The notes under the pieces: generated by a model
Database searches by the model: none
What the model was told of the DNA's origin: nothing
Seen by the model: the letters and a program-made list of their open reading frames with translations, nothing else
Position numbers and translations under genes: made by a program
Shown here: positions 12,743 through 25,542 of the stretch, in pieces
Layout of the letters: each line of letters begins with the position of its first letter
Numbering within the stretch: position 1 is the stretch's first letter
Origin: Tubulanus polymorphus
Taxonomy: Eukaryota > Animalia > Nemertea
Direction of reading: 5' to 3'
Assembly: GCF_964204645.1 (NCBI RefSeq)
Contig: NC_134030.1
Coordinates: 12,297,947 to 12,361,946 of the forward strand
DNA length: 64,000 nucleotides

Positions 12743-14426
12743 AGCCTCTATATACTAAGGTAGGTATGTTCATGTCCGCGCGGGGCGCCACTATCGATTG
12801 TGACGACCATTATTGATTAGGAAAAGTGTGATGCGCGTTTTTACTACGCGTTTTGACATCGCGTAGTAAAATCATTCATAAAACCTGTCTATCAATGCAA
12901 ATGAGCTAAAATCTTTTGGAATCAACCAATAAGATCGATCTTTATCACTTGGGGGTTGGTTTAGTGTATAAATCCGCATTTTAGTCGAAGAAAATAGAAA
13001 TCGAAATATACCCTTTTTCAAGAGCAAAATTCGTCAGCTTAGGACCCGGAATAAGCGACGAATCATCAGGAATCGGAAGGTTTAGGATCTTAAAATTCAA
13101 ATACTGAAGACCGCATGATTTTATTTCGTGTCGGGGCTGCCGGAAAAGTCGATGTCTAAGTTTTGCGTTGAAGCGAGCGATACAAAATGGCGGCCGGCAC
13201 TTGTTATTGAATGACGACGCGCCGCGTTGCTCGTGATGAGATCAATATTCAACAATTATTCATCGGTCTAGCGGTGAATTATTGTATTTATTTTCCGATT
13301 CATAATTATTCATCACTATATTTCTGAATATTAGGACAGATTTAGCGAAATGATCGGCAAAAAAAATGTTTGCGCGCGGATCGCCACTACGCTCCCGTCG
13401 GTAAAGCGGCTGTTGAAAGAGGGAGGCGTCTAATGGGATGAATTGAGGCTTGTGACGGGCAAAAATAGAGGCGCGTGATGGGACAGTGAGGCTCCCGAGG
13501 GGATTTCCCAAAAGCAGCAAAATTGAAATATATATAAAATATTGTTGAAATTTAGCTCAAAACAAAACAAATGGATTATTATTTAGTTATTATTAGTAGT
13601 ATTATTACTATTGCTTGGTTTATGTTTCTAAACTGATTGATTTTATTATGATATCATGAATATATTTCAAATTTCAGCGTTTTGAGCTAGGCCAAGCCTA
13701 ATTTTCTGCTTTTCTTAACTAAAATTCATTTAGCAAATATATATAAAATTGGTATATTTAAATCATTTTGCAATAGGAGCCTATGGCTATAGACCTAACT
13801 GACAGGCCTTGATAATCATGTTTATTCATTTCAAAAATAATGTAGTGAAAAAAATAATTTCATCTGAAATCATATCAATATTTCTCAATATTTCACATTT
13901 TTTCTTGCCGTTACCATGGAAACCTAATAATAATAATCTATATAATAATAGATATTCCTAGATAAACTCAGGGCAAACATAAACTATTGATAACTAGTTA
14001 TTCTATCCCCTTTCTACATCATAACTTTTGATCTAACATCGATATTTTCATTATTTTACCATTTTTCGGCTGGTTTCCATGGAAACCATAGGCATTTGGA
14101 ATCAGATAAAAATTTGGGTCTTTCAACTGTCACCTGAAAGTGCTATAAGTGTATTGCTCTTTAAATTTCTAGTCTATCTCTTTTAGTTTAAGAGATATTG
14201 AAGTTTGTTTAGGCCTACATGAAATATTGCCTTCTTAGATCACAGTTTTTGTGTATTGAAACATCAAGACACTTTTCACTCAAATTTTCAAACTTCAATT
14301 TGCTATATTTAAAAAACTACTGAAGATAATTCAAAAAGCATATCGTTATTTGAGCCCTCCCCATTCCAACAAGCTTTCTTTCAGTAAGATTGCAGCTATT
14401 TGAATTTTTTATGGATATAGCTAACT

Positions 14427-15277
14427 TAGTTAGTTACCTAATCGTTGGTGGTAAGCTTTTTATAATCGGATGGGCTTATACCAACGTAAGGGATGACAAG
14501 GACCAAAACACGGTTGAAAAAAGTAACACTTCAAAAATATACTTTCTATTCACTTCAGTCCACAATTAATGGCTTAATTCACAAACTAACACAGGTACCT
14601 TTCGAAATAATCCAATTTTACGTATGTTTCGAGCGAGTAATCAACATCATTATTTTGAGAAATTTATTAATTTCTCCACAAATTTCGCCATTGGCCGCCA
14701 TTTCTCTGTATTGCACATGTGGCATGATAAGACAAGGTGCCCCACAAGGATTTATATAAAACTTCCAAGACGAAACGACAATTTTTATTTTTGATGGTTT
14801 TCCAACTTATATTTCAAATCTTCGTGTTTTCCATAACAAATAATGAAACAATAAATTTCTGGTAAAAGAAAAATGTGAATAAGTGTTGATTTCTTAATTT
14901 TTTTCAATTTCGTCGTTTCGCTTCATTAGTTAATGCTGTTGTCCTGGCCTCAGTCCACAGGTGCCAGCACCTCCAGTAATTTTCAAAATGGCAGCTGTTG
15001 ACTAGACGGAAATTTACTCTCACTTTACGGCCGATTTGCACATGGATTAAGATCGTCAGGTGAGGTGTTATAGGTATCAGACAAACTACGAATCTGTTGT
15101 GCCTCGATTACAACAAAAATTAGACGGATATCTAAAGAGACAATGAAATGCCAGGCAAATTACTCGTCAGTCAAATTGGCTGACGAAGATTTCATACAAA
15201 AATGACCTTCCCATTCCTGACTGTGGTTTGTGAAAATATCCGATCGTGAAACTAAACCACAGACAGGTTACTGACTA
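14427..15277 (+). mobile_element. ~850-bp non-autonomous DNA transposon, TAG termini, 9-bp TSD TAGCTAACT (AcademH-like)
   Basis: Termini TAGTTAGTTACCT...AGGTTACTGACTA; tagctaact at 14418-14426 and 15278-15286. Confidence 0.8.
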
Positions 15278-15287
15278 TAGCTAACTA

Positions 15288-15464
15288 AGGGGTCATTCAT
15301 TTATTAGTATTACGTACGCATTGATTAAGGGAGGGGGAGGGGTCAGTGCAATTGCGTACTGTAATGCTTAATGTATATGAAAAAATGGCCGATTTCGCGT
15401 ACCGAGGGGGAGGGGGGGTTGAAAAATGCAAATTTTAAGCGTACGTAATAAATGAATGATCCCT
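15288..15464. mobile_element. Short PIF/Harbinger-like MITE (second copy ~42820-42993)
   Basis: TIRs aggggtcattcattt...aaatgaatgatccct; shared gggggaggggtcagtgcaattgcgtact core. Confidence 0.7.
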
Positions 15465-15515
15465 TTAAACGGTAAAATATCCACTGCCAAAAAAAATTAA
15501 GTTATGGTGACACTG

Positions 15516-16363
15516 TAGTCAGTAACCTGACTGTGGTTTAGTTTCACGATCGGATATTTTCACAAACCACAGTCAGGAATGGGAAGGTCATTTTTGTATG
15601 AAATCTTCGTCAGCCAATTTGACTGACGAGTAATTTGCCTGGCATTTCATTGTCTCTTAAGATATCTGTCTCATTTTTGTTGTAATCGACGCACAACAGA
15701 TTCGTAGTTTGTCTGATACCTATAACACCTCACCTGACGATCTTAATCCATGTGCAAATCGGCCGTAAAGTGAGAGTAAATTTCCGTCCAGTCAACAGCT
15801 GCCATTTTGAAAATTACTGGAGGTGCTGGCACCTGTGGACTGAGGCCAGGACAACAGCACAAACTAACAAAGCGAAACGACGAAATTTAAAAAAATTAAA
15901 AAATCAACACTTATTCACATTTTTCTTTTACCAGAAATTTATTATTTCATTATTTATTATGGAAAACACGAAGACTTGAAATAAAAGTTGGAAAACCATC
16001 AAAAATAAAAATTGTCGTTTCGTCTTGGAAGTTTTATATAAATCCTTGTAGGTCCCCTTGTCTTATCATGCCACATGTGCAATACAGAGAAATGGCGGCC
16101 AATGGCGAAATTTGTGGAGAAATTAATTAATTTCTCAAAATAATGTTGATTAATCACTCGAAACATACATAAAATTGGATTATTTCGAAAGGTACCTGTG
16201 TTAGTTTGTGAATTAAGCCATTAATTGTGGACTGAAGTGAATAGAAAGTATATTTTTGAAGTGTTACTTTTTTCAACCGTGTTTTGGTCCTTGTCATCCC
16301 TAACGTTGGTATAAGCCCATCCGATTATAAAAAGCTTACCACCAACGATTAGGTAACTAACTA
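15516..16363 (-). mobile_element. Second, inverted copy of the same element, 9-bp TSD GTGACACTG
   Basis: Near-identical reverse complement of 14427-15277; gtgacactg at 15507-15515 and 16364-16372. Confidence 0.8.
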
Positions 16364-16593
16364 GTGACACTGACGAGGCGTCCGTCACTTAGATTTCATC
16401 TATTACATATTATAACATAATTTCAAAACGACAGAAATAATGGGTTGAAAACATATTCAAATATTCATGATGTCAGATAATTACGTCTCAGGTTGTGATG
16501 ACAACTGTTTGATAAAGAAAGAAACCCCGGAAAAAAAATTCTAGTGGACGCCATGTTGAATATACCGGCAATTTGCATCTAGGGCAATCTTAA

Positions 16594-19500
16594 GACCTGC
16601 TGCATATAGCGTCACAAGCCCCGAGGCTTGTCACGCCATATTGGGGCCTGACACGCCATGTGGTAAACGTAAAATGAAAATCAAATCCTATGCATGAGAT
16701 GAAACGTCGACTAAGTCTCGCGGGTTTTTCTTCCGAAGTTGAAATATTCGGTTGGATATTAATTTGTCTTAGATGATTTACAACGTATTATATATACATA
16801 ATAAGAACTACATATTACATCGCATTTACACTAAAATGAGTTTTACAGAATAGAAATTGATCGTTGTTTGTTAATCTAATGCAGTGTACACACATTTTGA
16901 AACACAATTTAAACAATCATATATTTCGCCAGCATATGAAAAATACAAAAACATTACATATATATCTACTGAATGAGTTTTACAGAATAAAGATTTTAAT
17001 TAACTATCTTACATTTCAATGAATCATTCATCTATTTCACATGATTTGTTGATCAATTAGTCTTAGAAGAACATGGATAATGTTAGAAAAACATATATGG
17101 TGAGCCAGGCTCCAATCTAGTGTGATCTGCAGTCATATGGCTCCTAAAATCGCTAAGCCTTCTACATGGCGTGTCAGGCCCCAAATGTTCTGCAGCCAAT
17201 ATGGCGTGTCAAGCCCCAAATTGTCTGCAGAATAGCTTCAATAATTGAAACATGGTTTGTCGAACGGTTTTCTATGGAAGCAATTAAATTATATCTTTAG
17301 TTTCAATTAGTTATATATTGTTCATGATTTGATAATCACAAAACAAATACTGCTAGAAAAACCGCGATTTGTCTTCTATATGGCGTGTCAAGCCCCGAAT
17401 GTTCTGCAGCCAATATGGCGTGTCAGGCCCCAAATGGTCTGCAGAATAGCTTCAATTGAAACATGGCGTGAGAGGACCCGATCAGTTTTCCTATAATTGT
17501 CACTAATTATCATAAATATTCAAAGATTTATCATTCTACATGGTTTGTCAATCATTTAGACTTAGAAAGAAAGCAAATATTGTTTCAAAAATAGCTCCTC
17601 AAATCACGCTGTCTTCTACATGGCGTGTCAGGCCCTAAACGGTCTGCAGCCAATATGGCGTGTCAGGCCCCAAACGGTCTGCAGAATAGCTTCAATTGAG
17701 ATATGGCGTGAGAGGACCCGAACGATTTTCCGTACAAACAAATGAATAATTGTCACTAATTATCATAAATCTACATGGTTTGTCAATCATTTAGACTTAG
17801 AAAAAAGGCAAATATTGTTTCAAAAAGCTCCTAAAATCACGCTGTCTTCTACATGGCGTGTCAAGCCCCAAACGGTCTGCAGAATAACTTCAATTGAGAC
17901 ATGGCGTGAGAGGACCCGATCGATTTTCCGTACAAACAAATGAATAATTGTCATTAATTATCATAAATATTCAAAGATTTATCATTCTCCGTGGATTGTC
18001 AGTCATTAAGACTCAGAAAAAAGGCAAATATTGTTTCAAAAAGCTCCTAAAATCACGCTGTCTTCTACATGGCGTGTCAAGCCCCAAACGGTCTGCAGTC
18101 AATATGGCGTGTCAGGCCCCAAACGATTTTCCGTACAAACAAATGAATAATTGTCATTAATTATCATAAATATTCAAAGATTTATCAGTTTGTCAATCAT
18201 TTAGACTTAGAAAAAAGGCAAATATTGTTTCAAAAAGCTCCTCGAATCACGCTGTCTTCTACATGGCGTGTCAGGCCCCAAATGTTCTGCAGTCAATATG
18301 GCGTGTCAGGCCCCAAACGGTCTGCAGAATAGCTTCAATTGAGACATGGCGTGAGAAGACCCGAATGATTTTCCGTACAAACTAATGAATAATTGTCATT
18401 AATTATCATAAATATTCAAAGATTTATCATTATACATGGTTTGTCAATCATTTAGACTTAGAAAAAAAGGCAAATATTGTTTCAAAAAGCTCCTCAAATC
18501 ACGCTGTCTTTCACATGGCGTGTCAGGCCCCAAATGTTCTGCAGTCAATATGGCGTGTCAGGCCCCAAACGGTCTGCAGAATAGCTTCAATTGAGACATG
18601 GCGTGAGAAGACCCGAACGATTTTCCGTACAAAAAAATGAATAATTGTCATTGATTATCATAAATATTCAAAGATTTATCATTCTACGTGGATTGTCAAT
18701 CATTTAGAATCAGAACAAAAGGCAAATATTGTTTCAAAAAGCTCCTAAAATCACGCTGTCTTCTACATGGCGTGTCAAGCCCCAAACGGTCTGCAGAATA
18801 ACTTCAATTGAGACATGGCGTGAGAGGACCCGATCGATTTTCCGTACAAACAAATGAATAATTGTCATTAATTATCGTAAATATTCAAAGATTTATCATT
18901 CTCCGTGGATTGTCAGTCATTTAGACTCAGAAAAAAGGCAAATATTGTTTCAAAAATAGCTCCTCAAATCACGCTGTCTTCTACATGACGTGTCAGGCCC
19001 CAAACGGTCTGCAGAATAGCTTCAATTGAGACATGGCGTGAGAAGACCCGAACGATTTTTCCGTACAAACAAATGAATAATTGTCACTAATTGTCTTAAA
19101 TGTTCAAAGATTAATCCTTCTATATGATTTGTCAATTATCTAGTCTTAGAAAAAAAAGCAAATACTGTTACAAAAAGCTCCTAAAACCACGCTGTCTTCG
19201 ACATGGCGTGTCAGGCCCCAAAGTGTTCTGCCGCCAATATGGCGTGAGAGTACGCGATCAGTTTTCTATGGAAGCAATTAATTGTCACTAATCATATCTT
19301 TAGTTTCAATTAGTTATATATTGTTCATAATCATAAAGTCTAAGAAAAAAAAACAAATACTGCTAGAAAAATCGCGATTTGTCTTCTATATGGCGTGTCA
19401 GGCCCCAAACGGTCTACAGAATATAGCTTCAATTTACATGGCGTGAGAGGACCCGATCAGTTTTCCGTAGAAATAAATGAAAAATTGTGACTGATTATCT

Positions 19501-20026
19501 TAAATTAGTACAATAATCATTAAGTCTTAGAAATAGGTTTATAAATCGTTGTTTCTATTTTCTTATGTAAATGTAGCTGATGATCTCCTGATCGTCTCGC
19601 ACCATAACGGAAACCTGTAAAAAACATATTCGAAGAATTTTACATAAAAATCTTTCGATATATATGCATCTGAATATAGTTATGAAGTAAAAACGGGATA
19701 TAATTTTCTTTCAGTGGTTGCACTGAACGGAATACTATAACGTATAAGTACATATTATATTTAGACAATATTTAGTAAGTATATATTTAGACAATAAGTT
19801 AAGAAAAAATAGAAATTCATTACACATTGACATACCGGTACTTGAAATTATCTCATTCAGGTTTTACACGTCGTATCGGACTTAAAAACGTGGTCCGTTC
19901 GACGCGAACATATATCTTCGTTCCGCGTGAATTATATATAGTCTGCATTTTACTCGGGGCTTGTGACGCCATGTCAGATATGGCGTGACAAGCCCCGGGG
20001 CTTGTGACGCCATGTTCTGCTGATTC
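16594..20026. mobile_element. ~3.4-kb TTAA-flanked non-autonomous element (Kolobok-like GA...TC ends) carrying an internal satellite
   Basis: TTAA at 16590-16593 and 20027-20030; imperfect TIRs containing the palindrome gcgtcacaagccccg(a/g)ggcttgtcacgcc. Confidence 0.7.
17100..19470 (+). repeat. Tandem satellite, ~217-bp unit (~252 bp when a 35-bp subunit is duplicated), ~10 units
   Basis: ttcaattga recurs at 17451, 17691, 17889, 18334, 18586, 18803, 19021; each unit has 2-3 ATGGCGTG motifs. Confidence 0.92.
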
Positions 20027-20429
20027 TTAAGATTGACTTCACTCGCAATTTGAGTGGTTTCGAATCCCACTATTTTCGAATTAAAATCGCCCTCACTTGC
20101 CAGGGTTTAATTGCCTCCCGTCGAAACGAGCGCCGAGGCTTCAAAACCATTGGCAGCGAGGATGAACGGTAGGCTATCTGCCCGGACTTATTTAACCAAG
20201 ATACGACCGAGGATTGCCGGATCGGCCCTCGATGATAAATTAAGTATATTAATCGGAAAGGACGAACGCCGCATGGAAGGCGCTGATCTCGGGTGGACTG
20301 GCAACGGCTGCGTTGCGGATCCAGGGCCATTCGGTGACTACAGCACAGTGAAAAAGGGCACCAATCACGATTGATAGAACACTATATCCGTGTTGACGCG
20401 ATGTAGAGAGAATCCCACAATTATAACGA

Positions 20430-20785
20430 AAAAGTCCGAAAATGAAACTTCGAGATAGTAGTTTATTTCAACGTTTCGACTATCCTAATAGTCATTTTCA
20501 GGAATAATGAGATACTACAAAAATTATGAGATATACCGTATATACAATCCATGGACAAAGAGACTAATTCAAGTAATCAGAGATGATACAAACTAAAGGA
20601 AAATTAACGTAGAAACAGTTACACGCTAAAATAGATTAAAGGGAAGCAAACTAAGGCGGGTAATTATAAACAACAATAATCTATTTAATTTACTACTGAT
20701 TTCAAGTTCTAATTTATATTTATACTCACTATTGTTGTTTATAATTACCCCTTAGTTTGCTTCCCTTTAATCTATTTTAGCGTGT
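20430..20785 (-). mobile_element. Penelope-like element 3' end (pLTR) with inverted truncation junction
   Basis: Hammerhead-like motif followed by AATAAA on the minus strand; ~60-bp inverted duplication 20621-20680 / 20728-20785. Confidence 0.65.
20469..20502 (-). ncRNA. Minimal type I hammerhead-ribozyme-like motif (G8->A variant)
   Basis: Minus strand TTATTC-CTGAAAA-T-GACTAT[TAGG]ATAGTC-GAAAC-GTT-GAAATAA. Confidence 0.55.
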
Positions 20786-21158
20786 GAAAAATCCAAGGGT
20801 CTGGGACCACGAATCCAACTTTCATCGGTCTTGGGAAAGCAAGATCTGAACGACATAAAGCCAAACAAACAAACAACCAAACAAACGAACGAACAAACAA
20901 AATATAGCTGCATAGCAGCGATAACGGGTTTCTGCCTAATTGGTTCATATGTCAAACTGGGAAGCGTACGAATATGTCATCGAAATAATTCTAGCACATA
21001 ACATATGACTATTGCCAAGAAGCGCAACCTGGTCAACATTATGCTGGATATGTGGATATTAAGAGTCCATTTGTCAAAGCATCGAAGCAATACAGTCCAA
21101 CTTGTCTCAGATGGAGCGCGCGGGGCAGGGCCGTCATCACATTGCTGACTTATCCATC

Positions 21159-21300
21159 TCTAACAATTTAACATTTTAACAGTCTAACAATTTAATATTT
21201 TAACATTCTAACAATTCAACATTGTAACAGTCTAACAATTTAACATTTCAACAGTCTAACAATTTAACATTTCAACAGTCTAACAATTTAACAGTTTAAG
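21159..21300. repeat. Minisatellite, 24-bp unit built from 8-bp subunits
   Basis: taacaatttaacattttaacagtc repeated about 6 times. Confidence 0.9.
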
Positions 21301-22575
21301 TTGTTAATTACTCATTTCTTTTTTATATGTTTAAAATTGATTTTATATTATTGGATATCTATGTCATGGTGTCCTTTTTCGTTCTTACCTTTATATATGA
21401 AATAGAAATCTCCTGAATATAATTCTTCCATATCGTCACTAGATAATCTATGAAATCTATCTGGTAGATATGTTCTGAATTTATATTTATTTCCTTTTAA
21501 TCCCTCGTATTCTAAATGAATGGCCAATTTATTACCATATTTATTAGTAATTGTTTCAATAATTGTAAATAAATATTTCTTATGAATTAGTTAACTCAGT
21601 TAGCTTTTTGAATTTATAATCTACTGATTTACCATGATAGTAACTTTAATTCTATCTAGAAATGATTTTTTGTTCTCACTGTGTGCTTGTTTACTCTCCA
21701 TTTAAATAACACATTTTTTATTAAAATTGATTTCATTAATATAATATTCATAAATATGATATTCATATATATATATGGCATTCATTTATATATATGATAT
21801 TCATATATATGGCATTCATTTATATATATGATATTCATTTATATGTTATTCATATATATAAATATTAGAAGTAATTAGATAATTTCGTCCTTGAGCTCGC
21901 CTCATGAAAGTTTTTTTTTTATCGTATACATTGTGTATACTTTAAAAATAACTGCTTTTTGATATTCGCAAATTTTCAAAGGAACAATCTCATTTTCATT
22001 CATTCAGAAAGTTAAGTTTGACGCTGTGAAAATCGGTGAAATGCCCTGCCATTATTCATGGGACAGACTCGACAGCGGCGATTACCAACAACAGCGATCT
22101 CAGTCGGTATTCACGACCGAAATATTGCGGCAGTGCGATGGGAAATAAAGAATTACATGAGCTACTAGGCAACTCTCCACCATCGTACGAATGGCTGTTG
22201 GAAACATGGGATATGAGCTCAGCATAAGATTTTACACAGCGTAGCAACGATTTCATTTGTTCTTCGAAGTTTTTGTTGGCGGTTTTAGACATTGTATTGT
22301 CCGTTGCATCGCGATCACCATCTATATACATTTAACTTGGGTTTTGAAACTTTCTCGGTATGGAACTGTAGCGCTGTAAGGCTCAGGTTTTGGAGCTCCT
22401 GAGCTTTACAGCGGGCAACCTCCTCACAAAATGGGGAACAAATTGTATTCGCAACAGTTTGACCTTACCAGTGATGCTCGATCGAGCATTTCATCTGTTT
22501 TCCGCTTAAGCGAAGAAAAGTTGGAATCTGCAACATTGTTATGCATTTTCGTATGGATTTTATCGCTCGCTGAAC

Positions 22576-23505
22576 GGGTCCTGCTAAAGTACGAAACTAC
22601 GAAATTACGAAATATGGAGCGAAATTACGAAACGAAACGAAATTACGAAATGGAAATTTTTTTGCCAGTAGTGCTGAAATACGAACCGAAATACGTAACG
22701 AAATGGTCACATTTCAAACACACGCCCATACTATGGTCAAAGCTCGTTATAACGCTACGGGACTGTAAAAATCTCGGCGGTGCATGTAAATGATCTTTTG
22801 AAAGTACCATATTCAAGAATCTATTTTCTGGAGGGTTTTAAGAGCGTCTACAATTAGTAGAAACTTGTAGGATGTTCTCAAAAACAAATAATAAATACGC
22901 TGCGCCATTTCCACGAACTCAGACGCGGTAAAGCATAGTGAAATGATAGGCCCTACACATGGACTACATGACGATCATTTTACCGCTTAACAGCGTAGTG
23001 ACGAGCAATTTGAAAAAAATTCCGGCCGTGAATTTTCTTTTCGAATCCGCATCCCTTGCAAAATCCAGACTTTTAAGCTCCTCAGCGGAGGAGAAACGAG
23101 GTATCAATTTTTTAGCCTAAACACTGCAGGATATATTTTAAGGCACACTTCGTTAATTTATTAATCGCTACCTTCCAGTTGTATATGAGCATGCGCAGAT
23201 CATTCTCCCTGACGGCATCGCTAAACTCAGTCGCGGCACGGAACCCTGCCACACTAGACCGGGTGCGCCAGCTCCACGAATCCGCTGCTATAGCGCAAAA
23301 AATTACAAAATTTTCCTTTCGTATTTCATTTTATACTTTAGCAGGACCCGCGAAAAAATGACCATTTCGTTTCGTAGTTTAGCATTTCGTATAGTATTTC
23401 GTTTCGTACTTTAGCATTTCTTAATTTCGTTTTGCATTTCGTAATTTCGTTTCATATTTCGTAATTTCGTTGCATATTTCTTAATTTCGTAGTTTAGAAG
23501 TACCC
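22576..23505. mobile_element. MITE(s) with (ACGAAA)-rich inverted arms
   Basis: gggtcctgctaaagtacgaaactacgaaa at 22576; inverted tttagcaggaccc at ~23340 and tttcgt arrays at 23365-23505. Confidence 0.6.
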
Positions 23506-23911
23506 AAGGCAATACGAAGTTAGAAAATGCGCTAGTAGGCCAATATCAAGTAAGTTGTGGTTTTACCGCATCTTAAAAACTATGTTGAAGTCGTTGCTTG
23601 GATCAAGTGTAGTTGCCAACATATTTGATGGCCCCGAATACTAAGTACACCTGGTCAATTGCATTCTGGTGTCAGACGAACTATGATTCAATCAAAAACA
23701 AATAAACCAACATTCCCTTTCATGCATTTATTCTTAATAAAGAATCAGATTATCTAAAACTACATCAGAAATGAGTCTTAATACTGTACATGTAGAACAC
23801 ACTTTAGGAAAATCAATATAAATTAATATAATTATCTACGCTGCACAAAATAACCGTGTACGAGGACTGGCATTATTGAATTTTTCATGGCTTTGCGACA
23901 TCATGACATAA

Positions 23912-24508
23912 GGCCAAAAAAAAGATGTCTTGTTTCTCATGATTTTGAAATCCCGCCCGCATCGGAAAAATTATCGGCAAATTAGCGATAGAAATAAAGT
24001 CCGCCCTCCCGCATCATAGCTGGAAAATGAAGTTTTTTATAAAAATTAAAATCCGCCCGCCCGCATTGATATAATACGCATATCGTCATCTTTTTATCAT
24101 TTTATTTCTCTATGAACGTATTGAGAAAAGTTGATCGTATTAATATCATCGGCACCACACTGGTGACTCGAACCCATATCAAGTTTACACTTTTTTTATT
24201 TGAGGTGTTGCAATGGATTTTCAGGATTCACCAATCATTTTCAGGATTAAGCAGTGATTTTCCAGTTAAATAAAAATAAAAAACTACCTCCCGCATCTGA
24301 AGAAAATATATCAGAGGGATATTTTTATTGATATAATAAAAATAAAAAGACACCTCCCGCATCTCCAAAAAAAATTCAAACAGTTCTTTTTATTTCTACT
24401 TTCTTTACAGTAAAAGTACATAAAAAGTACATAAAAATAAAAACCGCCCGCCCTCGTCATGGTAAAAATCAAAAGTGTGATGAGAAACAAGGCATCTTTT
24501 TTTTGGCC
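23912..24508. mobile_element. PIF/Harbinger-like MITE, TAA TSD
   Basis: TIRs ggccaaaaaaaagatg.cttgtttctcat; TAA at 23909-23911 and 24509-24511. Confidence 0.8.
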
Positions 24509-25432
24509 TAAGTTACACAATATTTTATGCCATCGTACATGTAGTAGACTCGGCCTAAACCAGTAAGAGAAATAAGATTTCACATACATGTAGTCCGGTA
24601 TTCGGTGCGGCCCATTCGTTACAAGTTACCTTACGGATTTGATGGACTCGAAAAAATTGGGGAGGGGAACAATGTTTTAACATAGAAAATAACACTGTGC
24701 ACGCACTGAAATTGCCGATTTAAAAATCATATTTCTCAGTAATGGCTAGAATAAAATTCGAAGCAGTAGCATATTTGATATTTGTGAGGTACACATCTGA
24801 AAATATATTTTACACAATATTTCATTTAGATGGCATATGCCCTTTGAAAACTACCACAATTATACGTGTAGAACATATCATGAGCTACAATTTTGCACTT
24901 TTTGCTATTGATTGTAGTTACAAAACATACATAGGTACATGTACATGGTAATATCATGTAGGCCTACATTGTATTACCAATTCGACTTCCGATGATAAGT
25001 CCTTTGGGGATGCATTTATGAATGAAACATCAAGGGAGTTGATTGAGGACTTTTCCTGTGACAATAAATTTAGGCAAACAAAAAGTAGTAAAAGTCTACC
25101 ATCTTGATTCTGTTAGGGTTGCAGATTTGATTACAGGCAAAAAACCAAATACATGTATCAAGAAAATCTATTGAAGCATTTTCATAACTTCCCAAAATTG
25201 ACTGGATTGCGTCGACAGAAAATGAAAGCAACAGGCCCCTGGTATTTCACACAAATGGCCTATAAGATAAAATGCTCTCTATATTTCACTTTCCACAATT
25301 AACTTTGCAAATGATTTGTATATATCATATTTGAACAAAGATTCCAGCAACTGGTTATAGTCGACAAACTAGACAGCTCCCCTTAGCTTTACATATCTAT
25401 TTTGTGAATGAACTGAAGTTATACATAAGATT

Positions 25433-25542
25433 TCAGCTTTTAGACGAATCAGATGCATTAGTAACATTTCCAAAGTTTTCTACATCTGCTTCATTTATTC
25501 CAACTGTATCACCATTACCATTCATATTTCGAATAAGACGGT
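25433..25542 (-). CDS. ANKMY2: ANKMY2 exon 11 (terminal, TGA stop)
   Basis: ttccag|[12 protein letters not shown]...SDSSKS*; phase fits exon 10. Confidence 0.8.

Noticed and set aside
14427-16363. A single element with 850-bp TIRs
   Set aside because: Each arm has its own different 9-bp TSD, so these are two insertions.
17100-19470. CRISPR-like appearance of the repeated ATGGCGTGTCAGGCCCC motif
   Set aside because: The intervening sequences are themselves repeated rather than unique spacers, there are no cas genes, and the context is eukaryotic.
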